Positions 24,189 to 36,598 of a DNA stretch of 64,000 nucleotides are shown here, in pieces. Where the stretch lies: assembly GCA_964016885.1 (NCBI GenBank), contig OZ024740.1:48174001-48238000 (forward strand), given 5' to 3'. The stretch is from Eledone cirrhosa (taxonomy: Eukaryota). The notes under the pieces are model-generated. The model worked only from the letters and a program-made list of their open reading frames with translations. It was not told the origin of the DNA and made no database searches. Both the position numbers and the translations under genes were made by a program. Each line of letters begins with the position of its first letter. Positions within the stretch are counted from its first letter, which is position 1.

Positions 24189-25167
24189 TGTAGCGAAATC
24201 TGTCCGCGCCTTGAACTTTGGGTGATACCTAAAGGTTAAATTCTAGGTCAACACCCTTTTGGTGTAGACAGGTTGATGCGTTGGCTATCCCCTCATGGTG
24301 GGGAGACAGGAAGCGATAGCTATATAAAGCCTATATTTTCCCACTTTACAAACAGAGACATCAGAGCGATAAGATACACAACTAACTATGTAAAGATTAA
24401 CCGCTAACTTCAGACCCCAGAGGTCTACAGAAAAGCCAGAGACATCGGAGCATTACGCTAGCAACTAACTATGTAAGGATTCACCACTATCAACAGACCC
24501 CATGAGGTCTACAGATACACACACAGAGATTGGAACCCTACTACTACAGACCATGTACAAGCCACCAGTGGTCTACCACCAATTACAGACGATTCAGAGA
24601 TATACAAACCATATCTCTCTCTGTCACTAACTACGGTCTCATAACTACTACCACGGACTCCAAATTCCAACAACAACAACAATTATCTGTTGCTCGCTGT
24701 TTTCACTCCAACAACAACAACAATTATCTGTGGCTCGCTGTTTTGACACCAACAACAACAACAGACTACAACAGCCTCACATCAGCAGCAATAACTACAT
24801 TAACAACTCTTGGTAACTGTTTTATATGTACTTTTTAATTGATTCACGTGAAGTAAAATATATATAACCAAATCATTTATTCTTTATATTCTCGTTATTA
24901 CACCTATTCTTATTATACATTTACAACTATTATTTTTGTTATTTCAACTATGACCATGCTAATCCATTTAACGGCAGTATCGGTAGAGGGTCGGACACCA
25001 TGCTTTGACGCATAGAGTTACGCCCTTGCCATTCTGAGTTCAAAACCCGCCGAGGTTGACTTTGCCTTTCATCTTTACGGGGTCGATAAAATAAAGTACC
25101 AGTAATGCACTGGGTATTTGCTGGCCTTGTGCCTAAAGTAGAAACAATTATTATACCCTTCGTTAAA
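24189..25167 (+). mobile_element. Probable solo LTR, with a SINE inserted near its 3' end
   Basis: Starts TGTAGCGAA and ends TTCGTTAAA (imperfect inverted end). TATATAAAG at ~24321 and an internal ~85 bp duplication. Absent from Helitron A copy 1. Confidence 0.5.
24973..25154 (+). mobile_element. tRNA-derived SINE
   Basis: B-box GAGTTCAAA, conserved core and ATT tail. Matches 49937-50120. Confidence 0.9.
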
Positions 25168-25640
25168 TATACATATATACACACACATATATAGCGTCAT
25201 AATGTCGTAATGCAGACAGCTAGACATACAGACAGATATTATAAGGGTGCGACGTTATATCTATGTATCTATCTAAAAAGAAAGACTAAGAATTATAGAG
25301 AGAGATCGCTAAATCGCCTAATGTGGTCCCTAGGGCATTGAAAATTTGAAATGTTTTTTCTCAAAACACTCACAGGACCATAAGTATTACATGTGTAAAG
25401 TTTGAAAATAATCGGTTGGGTGGTTCTCGAATTTTAGGGAGTCAGACAGACAGACAGACATTCTCTGTTTTAGATATATAGATGATGATAATTATTTGAT
25501 TAGTTGCATAATATCACTTTTATAATAACTAACATGAGCTTTGAAAAATTGAAACGTTCAATATTGTAATTGTTTAGAGTAAAAATAAACAAACCCATTT
25601 AATATCTTAATGTAACCGATAAAGGAAACAAAGAAAGTGT

Positions 25641-25830
25641 AATTAATTGTTTCTACTTTTGGCACAAGGCCAGCAATTATTCCAGTGTATTACTGGTACT
25701 TTATTTTATCGACCCCGTAAGGATGAAAGACAAAGTTAACCTCGGCGGGATTTGAACTAAGAATGGAAAGGGCCGTAACTCTATGTGTCAAAACATGGCG
25801 TCCGACCCTCTACCGATACTGCCAATCCAC
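25641..25830 (-). mobile_element. tRNA-derived SINE
   Basis: Full-length reverse complement of the 49937-50120 family. Confidence 0.92.
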
Positions 25831-25861
25831 AATTAATATACATATACAAGTAGTCTACTCT

Positions 25862-26168
25862 AGACCCCTCTCGGTCATGAATGACCATGGGATTTTCACC
25901 TGGAAAGTTCCCCTCCCAGCATAGTTGTTTGTGGAAGACCAGCAGTCACCCATACCAGTCTCCCCTCACCATGCCACCAATGTTGTCCAAAGAAAAGGCA
26001 ATGGTTGATTCAACTTGGCACCAGTGACGTCACAACTCATTTCTACAGCTGAATGAACTGGAACAACATGAAATAAAGTGTCTTGCTCAAGGACACAACC
26101 GATCACTCGGTCCGAGAATCGAACTCACAACCGCCCAATGCTCTAACCACAAAGCCATGCGCCTTCAC
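25862..26168 (-). mobile_element. Second tRNA-derived SINE family (CORE-like)
   Basis: Minus strand A-box-like TGGCTTTGTGGTTAG, B-box GAGTTCGATTC, then GTGTCCTTGAGCAAGACACTTTA core. Confidence 0.75.
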
Positions 26169-26271
26169 ATACAAGTCATAACAATATATTAAATAAAGCA
26201 AACTGTGACAATGAGAGCTGCATAGCTATAAAAGCAGTTATGTCCCTTACATCTTCCTACAGACGATATAA

Positions 26272-27279
26272 AATAATAATAATAATGAAATTATTGTGTA
26301 CAATGCTCAGGTGCACTTCAACTCATCAAAGGTACATGTATAGTACATAGAATAATGTACAAATGTCAGGAAAATGAACAGTGTACGAATCATGAAATAC
26401 ATGTGTGCGTATGAATGGAGGGTAGATATTAGGTGTAGTGTTGGCGAATCTCAGGAAGCATGGAGGTTTTAAAGGATGCAGTGTCTCAACAGCTAATAAC
26501 TGATGCAGGGAGTTTCTTCCATGCTTCAGCAACTCTGAGCGTGAAAAAGTGTTTCCGAAAGTCGTGGGAGCTGAGCTGTTTTCTGACTTTGTGGGCATAC
26601 CCACGTATGTAAGACACATGGAAATCAAAAAGATGCTCAGGGCTGTTGTTGGCAAGATGGTTAATAATTTTGTGGGTGTTTACCAAGTCAGTTGCCAGGC
26701 GTCAGAGCTTCAATGTATCTATGCCCGGGGAAGCAAGGCGTTCAGAGTATGGTAGATGCCTGATGAAGGGTATTTGCTTGGTTGCACGTCTCTGAACAGT
26801 TTCCAGGAGGCCAATGTTCTGAGCAAGATAGGGGTTCCAGACTGGCAATGCAAATTCTAAGTGTGGCCACACCATAGCTATATACAGCTTTAAATAGATA
26901 GGTGGAGAGCGGCTGACAAAGGTCTTGCTGAGTGATGCTAAGACACCCTCGGCTTTCTTGACAATTTTAGAGACATGCTTTGTCCAACGTAAATTGCTGC
27001 TGACAGTAATGCCCAGGTCACGTTCACAAGAAGACTTCTTGATATTAATGTTGTGGGGGTGTATGTGGAAGCTGGGTTTTTACTCCCAAAATGCATGGTG
27101 GTACACTTGTCCACAGCCAACTTGAGTTGCCAGTCCGTGATCCATTGTTGCATTGTGTCCAGGTCAGATTGCAGGAAAGATCTATAGTGTTCAGGATCTG
27201 TCCTTTTTATCTCAAGGTACAGCTTGATGTCATCTGCATATTTCAGTACTGTGGCATTCTTTAAGTTGACATATATGTC
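26272..27279 (-). mobile_element. 5'-truncated CR1 copy with (TTA)n tail
   Basis: NATVLKYADDIKLYLEIK... matches 43307-44270, with frameshifts. Confidence 0.95.
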
Positions 27280-27835
27280 TCGTGGATAGCAATGGATTGA
27301 TGTATATTTGCTTACGTTCATATTTAGGCAATTGACGGTCTTACACACACACATATGTGTGTGTGTATATATATAAAATAAATTCATGATCATGTGACAG
27401 CTACTTTGTTATGGAGAAGGGAGCTATCAATGTTTACATGTACTTTGATAGTTTCCTCCTTTCCTCTCTCTCACATTCAGTGTTGACAAAACATATCTCC
27501 GCAGATCATGACAGCAAACAATATATGCGTGCGTGAGTGAGTGAGTGGGGGGGGGGGGGGGGGGCGTGTGTGAGTGTGTGTAGCTGTAAACGTATTTTTA
27601 TATATAAGACATTTATCCTGTGAAAATCCATTTTCTTTCTCCATGTAGTGTAGGTGTTATGAAAATATTCAAATATACAGTTAATGTGGTGTGGTAAATA
27701 AATATATACATACACACCCAGTCCGAACACAATGGAACCAAACTCCCACTGATACTGCCTTCGTCTCTCCCACTTTCCCCATCTCTCACTATTATCAGCA
27801 AAAGGAAGTTTTATAAGGATATATATATAATTTAT

Positions 27836-27871
<36 letters not shown>

Positions 27872-28088
27872 CAGTATTTTCCGTTGTATTGTAATATAAA
27901 TATTACACACAGTAGATTGACAGCTCACGTAGAGTTTGCTCGACGGTTCCAGTTGTAGTTCCAAAAGTAATCCGGAGAAAAATAGAAAGATTTGAATGGA
28001 TACAGTTTAGTTGAAAGGAATTTATTGACACGTGTTTCTGTAACAGTTACATAACCTGAAAACAGCTGCTATCTACAAAAGTTTTAGT

Positions 28089-28145
28089 TATGCAGACATT
28101 CAATATTTCAATGTTATTATTTACTGTCATTTCATCAGAATAATA
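28089..28145 (-). ncRNA. Hammerhead motif with intact core and weak helix I
   Basis: Minus strand CTGATGA-AATG-(14 nt)-CATT-GAAATAT-TGA-ATGTC. A second remnant, GAAACACGTGTC-AATAAA, follows at ~28021-28038. Confidence 0.55.
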
Positions 28146-28636
28146 TTATTGAGGACCTATTTGGTTTTTATAGAGAATATTAGGAGGGAGGGGTGAAGTT
28201 GTTAGAAGAATAGTTGAGGGAGTGGTTTGTTGATAGCAGTGAGAATTTTTTGGTGGCAGTGGGTAATTAGATTCCCATCTGTTGTTTTGACATTTTTATA
28301 GAATATATTATTGGTTATTTTTCTAAATTTATAGAAGGATTAGAGATAGTAAAGATATGCGTGGTTGGTTTTGTGTTTGAACTTAATTAACATTCAGACT
28401 TAGTGTACGTATCCTTTCACCCACGCATTCACACACAAATATATTTGCACACCTCTACAAAATACATATACTCACATTCACATATTCATACTTACATACA
28501 TATACACATGCATACATATATATATACACACATGTATTCATGTACATACATACGCGTTCATGTGTATACATTTTCATACTCAACTTATCTTTATATACAC
28601 ACGCATAGATACACACATATATACATACATACTCTA

Positions 28637-28776
<140 letters not shown>

Positions 28777-29257
28777 TGAGAGAGAAAAAGGGATAGTGAG
28801 AGAGAGAGAGTGAGTTAGATGTCAGGCCGACTGATAACAAATGAAAAAAGGTAGAAACGTTTTAGTTAGTTAGAGAGAGGAGTTAATGGTTTGAGTAAGG
28901 TGTGTGATGTTTCCCTCTCTCCATATGGATAGCATGATGGATGAAGAGACAGTATCTATGCTAGAAATAATAGTACATTCTCTTCTCTCTCCCCCTCCCT
29001 CCCCCATTACATTTTTTAAAAATAAATCGTCAGTGAGCCTCCTGGAAATCAGATTAGTTGAAAACACACGAAAAACCTTAATTATATATATATATGTGTG
29101 TGTGTGTATAAATGTATATATATATAAATGTAATCTGAGTTTTTCGAATATTAATAATAATATTCGATTCGTTTGCAATCATGCAAACAGTCTCTTTAAA
29201 GCCATGTCAGTAGAATGAGACCCTCATTCTTGCTCTTGTGTTGGCATGTAAACAGAA

Positions 29258-29302
29258 CTGCAGACACTAATGTTTCTGGGTGATTACCCTTCATCAGTGC
29301 AG
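29258..29302 (-). ncRNA. Type I hammerhead ribozyme motif
   Basis: Minus strand CTGCA-CTGATGA-A-GGGT-AATC-ACCC-A-GAAACAT-TA-GTGTC-TGCAG. 5 bp helix I and GUC site. Confidence 0.8.
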
Positions 29303-29453
29303 AGCTAGTAAAAATATATGATATTTTCTGAAATATACAGTGACTGATCAGCCTGATTTGCATATTAGGAGACTGGCTGATCAGTCAGATCTGCATATTA
29401 GCAGATCCACTGATCAGCCAGATTTGCATATCAGCATATATATATATATATAT

Positions 29454-29486
<33 letters not shown>

Positions 29487-29621
29487 GTTTAACGTCTAAC
29501 GATGATGATGATGATATATATATATATATATCAAAATATTTGCTATTAGGGTTCTTATATATTTGATATATATTTATCCTTATCAAGCCCTCTTTGGATT
29601 TTAGTCTTCACATTTATTATT

Positions 29622-29818
29622 GGTGGATTGGCAGTATCGGTGGAGGGTCGGACGCCATGCTTTGCAGCAAAGAATTACAGCCCTTTATGGTCTGAGTTCA
29701 AATCCCGCCAAGGTTAACTTTGCCTTTCATCCTTACGGTGTTGATAAAATATAGTACCAATAATGTACTGGGTAATTGCTGGCCTTGTGCCAAAAGTAGA
29801 AACAATTATTATTATTAT
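29622..29818 (+). mobile_element. tRNA-derived SINE
   Basis: Matches the 49937-50120 family, with (ATT)n tail. Confidence 0.9.
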
Positions 29819-29968
29819 TTTTATTTTCTTTCATTATTGTTTCTGAGATATATGCCGAGTGTCTTCCTGTCACCTAGGGCAAATAAATTCACAGTGTGCA
29901 TTGGTAAGCCAGTTAATACAGCACATTGATTATAATTAAAAAAAAGAAAAGAAAAAAATGATTATTAT

Positions 29969-30004
<36 letters not shown>

Positions 30005-30006
<2 letters not shown>

Positions 30007-30307
30007 TCATCATCATCATCATCATCGTTTAACGTCCATTTTCCACGCTAGCATGGGTCTGGACGGGAATTGTCCCACTTGAGGCAAGATTGATTGTCTT
30101 GCTCAGGACTGTCTGGCGGGTTTTCTACGGCTGGATGCCCTTCCTAACACCAACCACGTTTACAGTGTGGACTGGGAGGTTTTTACAGTTTTACCTACAC
30201 GGCCACATTACAGCGTGGACTGTGTGTTTTTTTTGTTGTGACACCTACACGACCTCATTTATTTAGGACTGGATGTTGTGGTACCAACATAACTTTGCAT
30301 ATGGAGG
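30005..30307 (-). mobile_element. RTE 3' UTR copy with (GAT)n tail (5'-truncated RTE or RTE-dependent SINE)
   Basis: Reverse complement closely matches ~53566-53864. Confidence 0.9.
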
Positions 30308-30466
30308 ATCAAGACTGTCCCTCATCCTCCCTACAGTCAAGACTTAGCATCATGCAACTTCTGGATGTTCCCAAAACTCAGAGGTATCTGCTTTGAGGAT
30401 GTGCAGGAGATGAAGGAGTCTGTGACAAGTACCCAAGACACCTTCACTTTGGAGGACTACAAGGGA
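30308..30466 (+). pseudogene. mariner transposase C-terminal remnant
   Basis: IKTVPHPPYSQDLASCNFWMFPKLRG, a degenerate YSPDLAPxDF motif. Confidence 0.8.
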
Positions 30467-30492
30467 TTCTCTAACCACTCAGCCACACGCCT

Positions 30493-30556
<64 letters not shown>

Positions 30557-30574
30557 TATATGTATATATGATGA

Positions 30575-30641
<67 letters not shown>

Positions 30642-30903
30642 TATATATATATGAAAATCCTGTAAAAGGGTGAAAGCAAAAATTGTTTAATTGTTTGCTT
30701 AAACTTTTAATCTGTGCTAATAATAAATATTTCCACTACAATTTTTCATATATTGTTGTGTAAATATATATATATATATATTAGTAGTAGTACAGATTTT
30801 AAGTAGTGCAGAGTTTAAGCAAAAACTTTTATGGAGTCCTCTTTGGATTTTGGTCTTTGTATTTATTATAACTATTATTATGATATCTATCTATCTATCT
30901 ATC

Positions 30904-30948
<45 letters not shown>

Positions 30949-31130
30949 GAAGGTCATTTCAAATGGCTTTTGAGTCCTGAAAACCTGTTAAACATTCATC
31001 CACAAATAATACAATGTTGTCTCATTTTGTTCTTGTTTCTACTTTGGGTTTGCTTATTCTGTATGTTCAGATGTCACTTCAATCCACCACCTGAGTTGCA
31101 AATTTTCTAATAAACAATAAATGTACGTGT

Positions 31131-31636
31131 TGTATATTGGATAATATATGGGATGTTTATGAAAAGCTTTTGAAAGCCTTTCACTATGAATTTTTAAGGT
31201 TGTGACCAACGCTACACACCCAGCCTCAGCAAAAACAGGAGGAAGTAATCAACATTGCCATTGTTTCTCACTTATTAGTGGTTATCAAGACTACATATCT
31301 CCTTGCCTTTGCTGAGGCAAAAGTAAGCTATAATTATATAGATTTCTGCTTATGTTTATGAGCTGATGAAACTCATTTGCAGATGGAACGATAGCTAGCC
31401 AGGTTTAAATGAAAAAAATTTCTATTGGTGCTCCTTCATAGCAGTATACATATAAAAGTATGTATTGTATATTAGATGATATACGGGATGTTTATGAGAA
31501 ATAATGGCAATGTTGATTACCTCCTCCTGTTTTTGCTGAAGCTTGGTGTGTGACAATGGTCACAACCTTAAAAATTCATAGCAAAAGGCCTTCAAATATT
31601 TTTCATAAACATCCTCTATTTTATCCAATACATACA
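31131..31636. repeat. Diverged ~140 bp inverted repeat (arms ~31131-31270 and ~31494-31636)
   Basis: GGATGTTTATGAAAA...TGAATTTTTAAGGTTGTGACC...CAGCAAAAACAGGAGGA versus its reverse complement on the right. Confidence 0.85.
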
Positions 31637-31699
31637 TTCATATGTATACCACTATGTAGGAACACTAATACAAATATATGAGTGTGTATGTGCGTAAAA

Positions 31700-33560
31700 C
31701 TTACAATATAGAGGAGCATTGGGAATTCCTAAGAGATAATCTGCTGAAGGCAACAGATGAGATCTGAGGCAGGAGCAGGGCTCCAGAAAGAAGGAGAGTG
31801 ACTGGTGGAATAGTAGGGTTGGATTAGGCAATTAAGTACAAAAAAAAAAGGGCTGGAAAGAATGGCAGAATAGGAGAAGCAGGGATATTACCAGAAAACT
31901 AGGAACAAAGCTAGGAGAGAAGTATACTTTACAAGGAGAGCAGCTGAAAATAAAAAAATGTATGTTTCACAACATGAGGATCATAGACATGTGTTCAGGA
32001 TTGCAAAGCTGTGTGTGTCAGGGAAAATTATAATCTTGTCAAAGAGAAGTGTGTCCAAGATAACAGTATTGCATTTGCCCTCACCAACACTAAAAAGAAA
32101 GTAGCATGAAATGCCATGATGAGAGACTACTGAATGAGGAGAATGCGTGGAAGAAAGATATTCTGCCCTATGTGGACCCAACAGAGGGATCAGCCATACA
32201 AGTCAGCAGCAGTATAGTAAGGTAATTAAGGTTATGAAGACAAGCAAATCAACTGGACTATCAGGGTTAGTTGCTCAAATGCTGAACGTGTCTGAAATGG
32301 TAGGTCACATAACTACCCATATCATAAACCAAGTAATACACAATGACTGGTGTAGCAGCAGCAGCATCAACTGTTACAAGGACAAAGGAGATGCTCTAGA
32401 CAGAGAAAACTATAGCGGCATCAAGTTGATGGATCAGGTCATCAAAGTCACAGAAAGAGTTATTACACAGCTGATTAGGGACCAAATTAACCTAGATGTG
32501 TTGCAGTTCAGATTTGTGCCAGGTAAAAGTACTACTGATGCTCGCCTTTTTGTGAGGAAACTTCAGAAGTACCTAACTAAAAGTGAGCCCCTTCCTTGAC
32601 ATTTGTTTGTGAGCTCTTAGAAGACTAGGGGTAGTTGAGTGGCTTGTGAGGACAGTATAAGCCATGTTTAGAGGAGCAGTCAGCAAGGTTAAAATTAATA
32701 ATTATAGTGAGGAATGACAATGCCTAAAGTCCTAGTAAGTAGAAAGGTAAACAGGGCCTTGATTCCTTCAGAGAAATGGTCTTGCTCTGTGTGCATGAAA
32801 GGAGGGGGTAGAAATTCCATCCTATGTCCCAAACGCAAACTACGGGTACACAAGTGATGTAGCGGGATCTCAAGCAGGCTAGAAAAAAAACGTAGGTTTT
32901 ATATGTGGTAGATGCACAGGAGCATAAACAGCAACAGCTTACAGGAAACAAGTTCTATTAAATGCTCAGAGGGCTCTGTAGAAGTAGTTGATAGCTTCTG
33001 TTATCTGGATGACCAAATTAGCAGTGGTGGTGGATGTTCTGAAAGTACAGTAGTCAGAGTGAGAACAGGGTGGAAAATGTTCATTGAGTTACTACCACTG
33101 CTAACTACAAAGAGATTTTCACTCAAAATGAAAGGCAGATTGTACGATGTTTGTGTACAAACAGCAATGCTACATAGATGTGAGTTCTGGGCACTGTGTG
33201 CAGAGGACCTACAGAGATTGGAAAGAAATGAAGCTTGCATGCTTCGATGGTTCTGTAACAGTAATGTGCATGAATGACAAAGCATCAATGAACTGAGAGA
33301 AAAACTGGGCATAAGAGGGGTCAAATACAGGAGAGGAGATTGTGATGGTATGGACATGTGATACGCCTCGAGGATGACAGCTGTAAAAAAGGTGCAAGGC
33401 ACTCAAAGTCGATAGTAATTATGAAAGAGGAAGACCTAGGAAAGTTTGGTATGTTATGATAAAAGCTGACCTCACCCAATTAAAGCTCTCAAAGGAGAAG
33501 ACACAGGATCAAGATCTCTGACATTATGCTGTACTACAGAAGACATGCCTTCCCATATGC
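31700..33560 (+). mobile_element. Old degenerate RTE LINE (RT region)
   Basis: Fragments NCYKDKGDALDRENYSGIKLMDQV and VEVVDSFCYL..GGGCSES align to the RTEs at 39211 and 50491. Many stops and deletions. Confidence 0.9.
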
Positions 33561-33849
33561 ACAGAAGGAAACATGTAGGAGGATACTAGCCTGTACCATA
33601 TAGCATGGAATGCTGGACATGCTCCAAATCTGCTGCCATAAAAATAGCACTTTGTCCACTAGACAGCTCAAAATGCACTATATAAGATGGATGTGCAGGT
33701 GACATGACAGGAAGCCACTAGTCCACCCTGTATAGAGGTTGTGCTGGTTATGCAAGAAAAAGTACCCAGTGCACCCTGTTGAGTGGCTATGCTGGTGACA
33801 TAAGAAAAAAAGCACTCAGTCCACTCTGTAAATAAAGTAGTTAGAGTAT

Positions 33850-34170
33850 GTCACAGAATTTTGAAACTTAACTTAGTTGTAGGCAATGCAACAACTATCA
33901 TCTCTGCTACACACCACAATTGGAACTGACCAATGAGCAAAAGGATCAGTTTTATGAGTGAATAATGAATGACAAGGACTTCATCATCATGGCCGGTGAC
34001 TTTAATGGACATGTTGGGCATCCCAGAAAGGCTAGTATGGAGTACATAGTGGTTATGTATATGAATGAAGAGGGATCAAGACTCCTAGATTTCTGTGATG
34101 CAAATTACCTAACCATCTGCAACATTAACATCAGTAAACTGACTGACCACTTGGTCACCTACCAATTTGG
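33850..34170 (+). pseudogene. Degenerate RTE APE endonuclease fragment
   Basis: IIMAGDFNGHVG...NEEGSRLLDFCDANYLTICN...DHLVTY. Confidence 0.8.
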
Positions 34171-34214
34171 CAAACAGATTAGCTTCATTTTCATAAATTG
34201 TCATATCAACTAAA

Positions 34215-34420
34215 TGCAAATCACTTCACTCATCACATCGTAAAACAGGTCCTTGCTAAAGTCAATATCCCCTTAGCTCTAAAACTCACCAGATTGACCA
34301 AGTTAGATGCGGAATGGTTTGATGGTCTTACTCTTTGTCCTTGGGTTAGAGGTAGACACCTTACATGGAATGCCAAAATGAGCAACTATTTTGCTCTTTC
34401 TCAAGCTGCGACATAAGGTG
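34215..34420 (+). pseudogene. Old remnant of a restriction-like endonuclease (CRE-like LINE)
   Basis: HHIVKQVLAKVNIP...DAEWFDGLTLCPWVRGRHLTWNA aligns with [13 protein letters not shown]...[23 protein letters not shown] at ~45810-45970. Confidence 0.6.
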
Positions 34421-35399
34421 ACGGTTACTGCATTTATAACTGAACAGAATATTGAAATACCGTCATTTATCAGTAAACAAGTGGACTGACACATGGACGG
34501 ACACAATTCAACTTTTATTTATATAGATTACATTTCTCAGGTTGTAGTATTCAAGACCTTCAACAATGACAAAGTTTTTGTCATTGTTAGCAGCTCTTCT
34601 TACTGAAATATCAGGTGACACTCATGAGAGTGCTTGGATATTTCATCAATTTAACCTCACTATCACCCACAACATTTTTAGAGGGCAATACCAGCATGTG
34701 TGCAGGTCTTTTCTGATTTGTTTCTTTTTTCTGACATTTTTTTATTGATTTATTTCTTTTGTAAGTCATAAACATTTTATAAATTTAGAAAATAGTATTT
34801 TTTCAGAGAGCTATAGCAATGCATATAAAACATTGAATGTTAAAAATAATGATAGCAAAATTATTGGAATAATATCTTAGAGTTGTTTAATTAACCCTTA
34901 ATATTTTGGGATAAAATCTCATCAAAAGAAGTTAAGGAACTAAGTCAAAGCAAAGTACTTTTTGTTCTTATGCTGGCATTTTAAAATCTGAAAGCAGTGA
35001 TTTTTTTCAACTCTGGAAATGGTACAGGGATCATGTGGTATCATCAAGATTGAATAGACCATTGGTGCTGGCTATGAGCAAAGCATCAACCAAGTCCCCC
35101 AAGAATTGGCACTCACAGAAGTAAGCAGTACCTTGAGTATTGAATAGATTGATCAAAGTGTGGGTCAAAAATGTCTCTCGAATGTAAGTTGTCCCAAATT
35201 CTCTGCTTCAGTTTATCCTGCTTTGTATCAGGAACTGCCAAACCCAGCTTCCACCATTATAGTAGGTCTTCATCCACCTCCTTGTTGGAGGTAGTCTGTG
35301 TTGGAAAGGTAAGGGTATTATTCACCAAAAAAGAGCAAGCATGGATAGAAGAAAAAAAAACAATGTAATGATTATCTCGTCAAACCGTTGCAGAGATGA

Positions 35400-35950
35400 C
35401 AAGAATTTATATGAGGGACTGGCTCTGAACATATACAGTAACTTGGAAATCGATAGATAATTCCAAACTACGAAAAAACCTTGATGGAGCTGTTACATCA
35501 ATATTTTAAGTAATCTCTCTAGGTTTGCCAACTTGGAAAGAATGGTGGGCTCAAAAACTAGGTCAGTAATTGGGTCTCCTAGGGAACACCGTGATTGAAG
35601 GAAAGGATCTAGTGAACAGATCCACTGTTGGCTAATGTTATAAAACTGGGTGGTTGAGAATCAAAAATTCACATTTGGAGTTGTTAATCTGAAGGCCCCT
35701 ACAACCAAGTTCTTCAATCCTCATCTTTACAGTAGGAAGGACCTTATTATCTAAGGTCCCCATAAACAAGCGGCATAAAGATATTAGGCATTTAAATCCA
35801 GGTTGGTCCCTCTCTTAGAATGTCATCGATACCCAGTATAAATAGGGTTGGCCCAAGCAGGTTGCCTTCATGAACTCCTGGGGTATATAGGATGAATTGG
35901 TAATCAAAAGAGAAATAGGAGGGCTCTCAATAAGCCTGACTAGCAATGTT
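35400..35950 (-). pseudogene. Very old LINE RT remnant
   Basis: Minus strand GVHEGNLLGPTLFILGIDDIL resembles GVPQGSxLGPxLFxxYINDL. Confidence 0.5.
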
Positions 35951-36479
35951 ATAGAGCTCTGGGGTTCTCTCCTTCACCCAATGCCAGATTAACCTAATAG
36001 CAGAATTAACATTTGCTAGGGGCTCTGAGCAGAGTGTTATATACGATAGTACTATACTACCTTTAAATTTTATGTCACGTTTATTTTTTAATTTAGGGCG
36101 CCTTTATAGTATATGTCGCAAGCCCCACACTAATATAATCAGGCGCTGATGTCATCACGTCTTTGAGGACAACCCTGAGGACCTTAGAAGGTATCTTCGT
36201 GAGTATTCTCGTGGCGTGGGCGGCTGCATCACATCCAATTTTGGTACCCACCCCCACCTGAATACAGGGAAATTAAATATATTAGATTTATGATGCTTAC
36301 TGCTTCAAGTTACACTTAACTAAAATATAATTAGTTTTGTCGCTCTTCAACTCATAATGTTTTTTCTATGTATTTTGCTATTACTAAATTAGGTGTCAGC
36401 TGAACAACATAATGAGAGAATAACTAACGTTCGTATTTGTTTATATTCCTCTCATTCCTAGGTAAACAGCTGTGTTGTC

Positions 36480-36598
36480 TTTCGGGTGCAAGGATTCCCA
36501 GAGTTCTTAGTTAGAAACATGGCGGCACGAATCACGATAGATAGAATGCACAGATAGACAGGCAATGGAAATTCTATTGTATGACTTCTTCTGACTAG
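36480..36598 (+). promoter_or_regulatory. Candidate promoter and non-coding first exon of FBXW5
   Basis: YY1-like AAACATGGCGGC at 36515-36526 and a strong donor AG|GTAAGT at 36598/36599. The first coding exon starts with an acceptor 23 nt before its ATG, so an upstream exon is expected. The link is inferred. Confidence 0.45.

Larger units (their letters stand above)
11846..25482 (-). mobile_element. Non-autonomous Helitron family A, copy 2, carrying ~13 kb of nested elements
   Basis: The 3' CTAG at 11846 abuts the 5' TC of copy 1. The body resumes at 24060-24188 and 25190-25482. The 5' TC at 25482 is preceded by A on the minus strand. Confidence 0.85.

Noticed and set aside
28870-28990. Possible GIY-YIG remnant near the 29258 hammerhead
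   Set aside because: Similarity needs several frameshifts and is too short to support by eye.
36258-36300. Minus-strand GTAAG...CAG intron of a divergent gene
   Set aside because: Only 43 nt and no supporting coding exons were found. A non-coding divergent transcript cannot be excluded.
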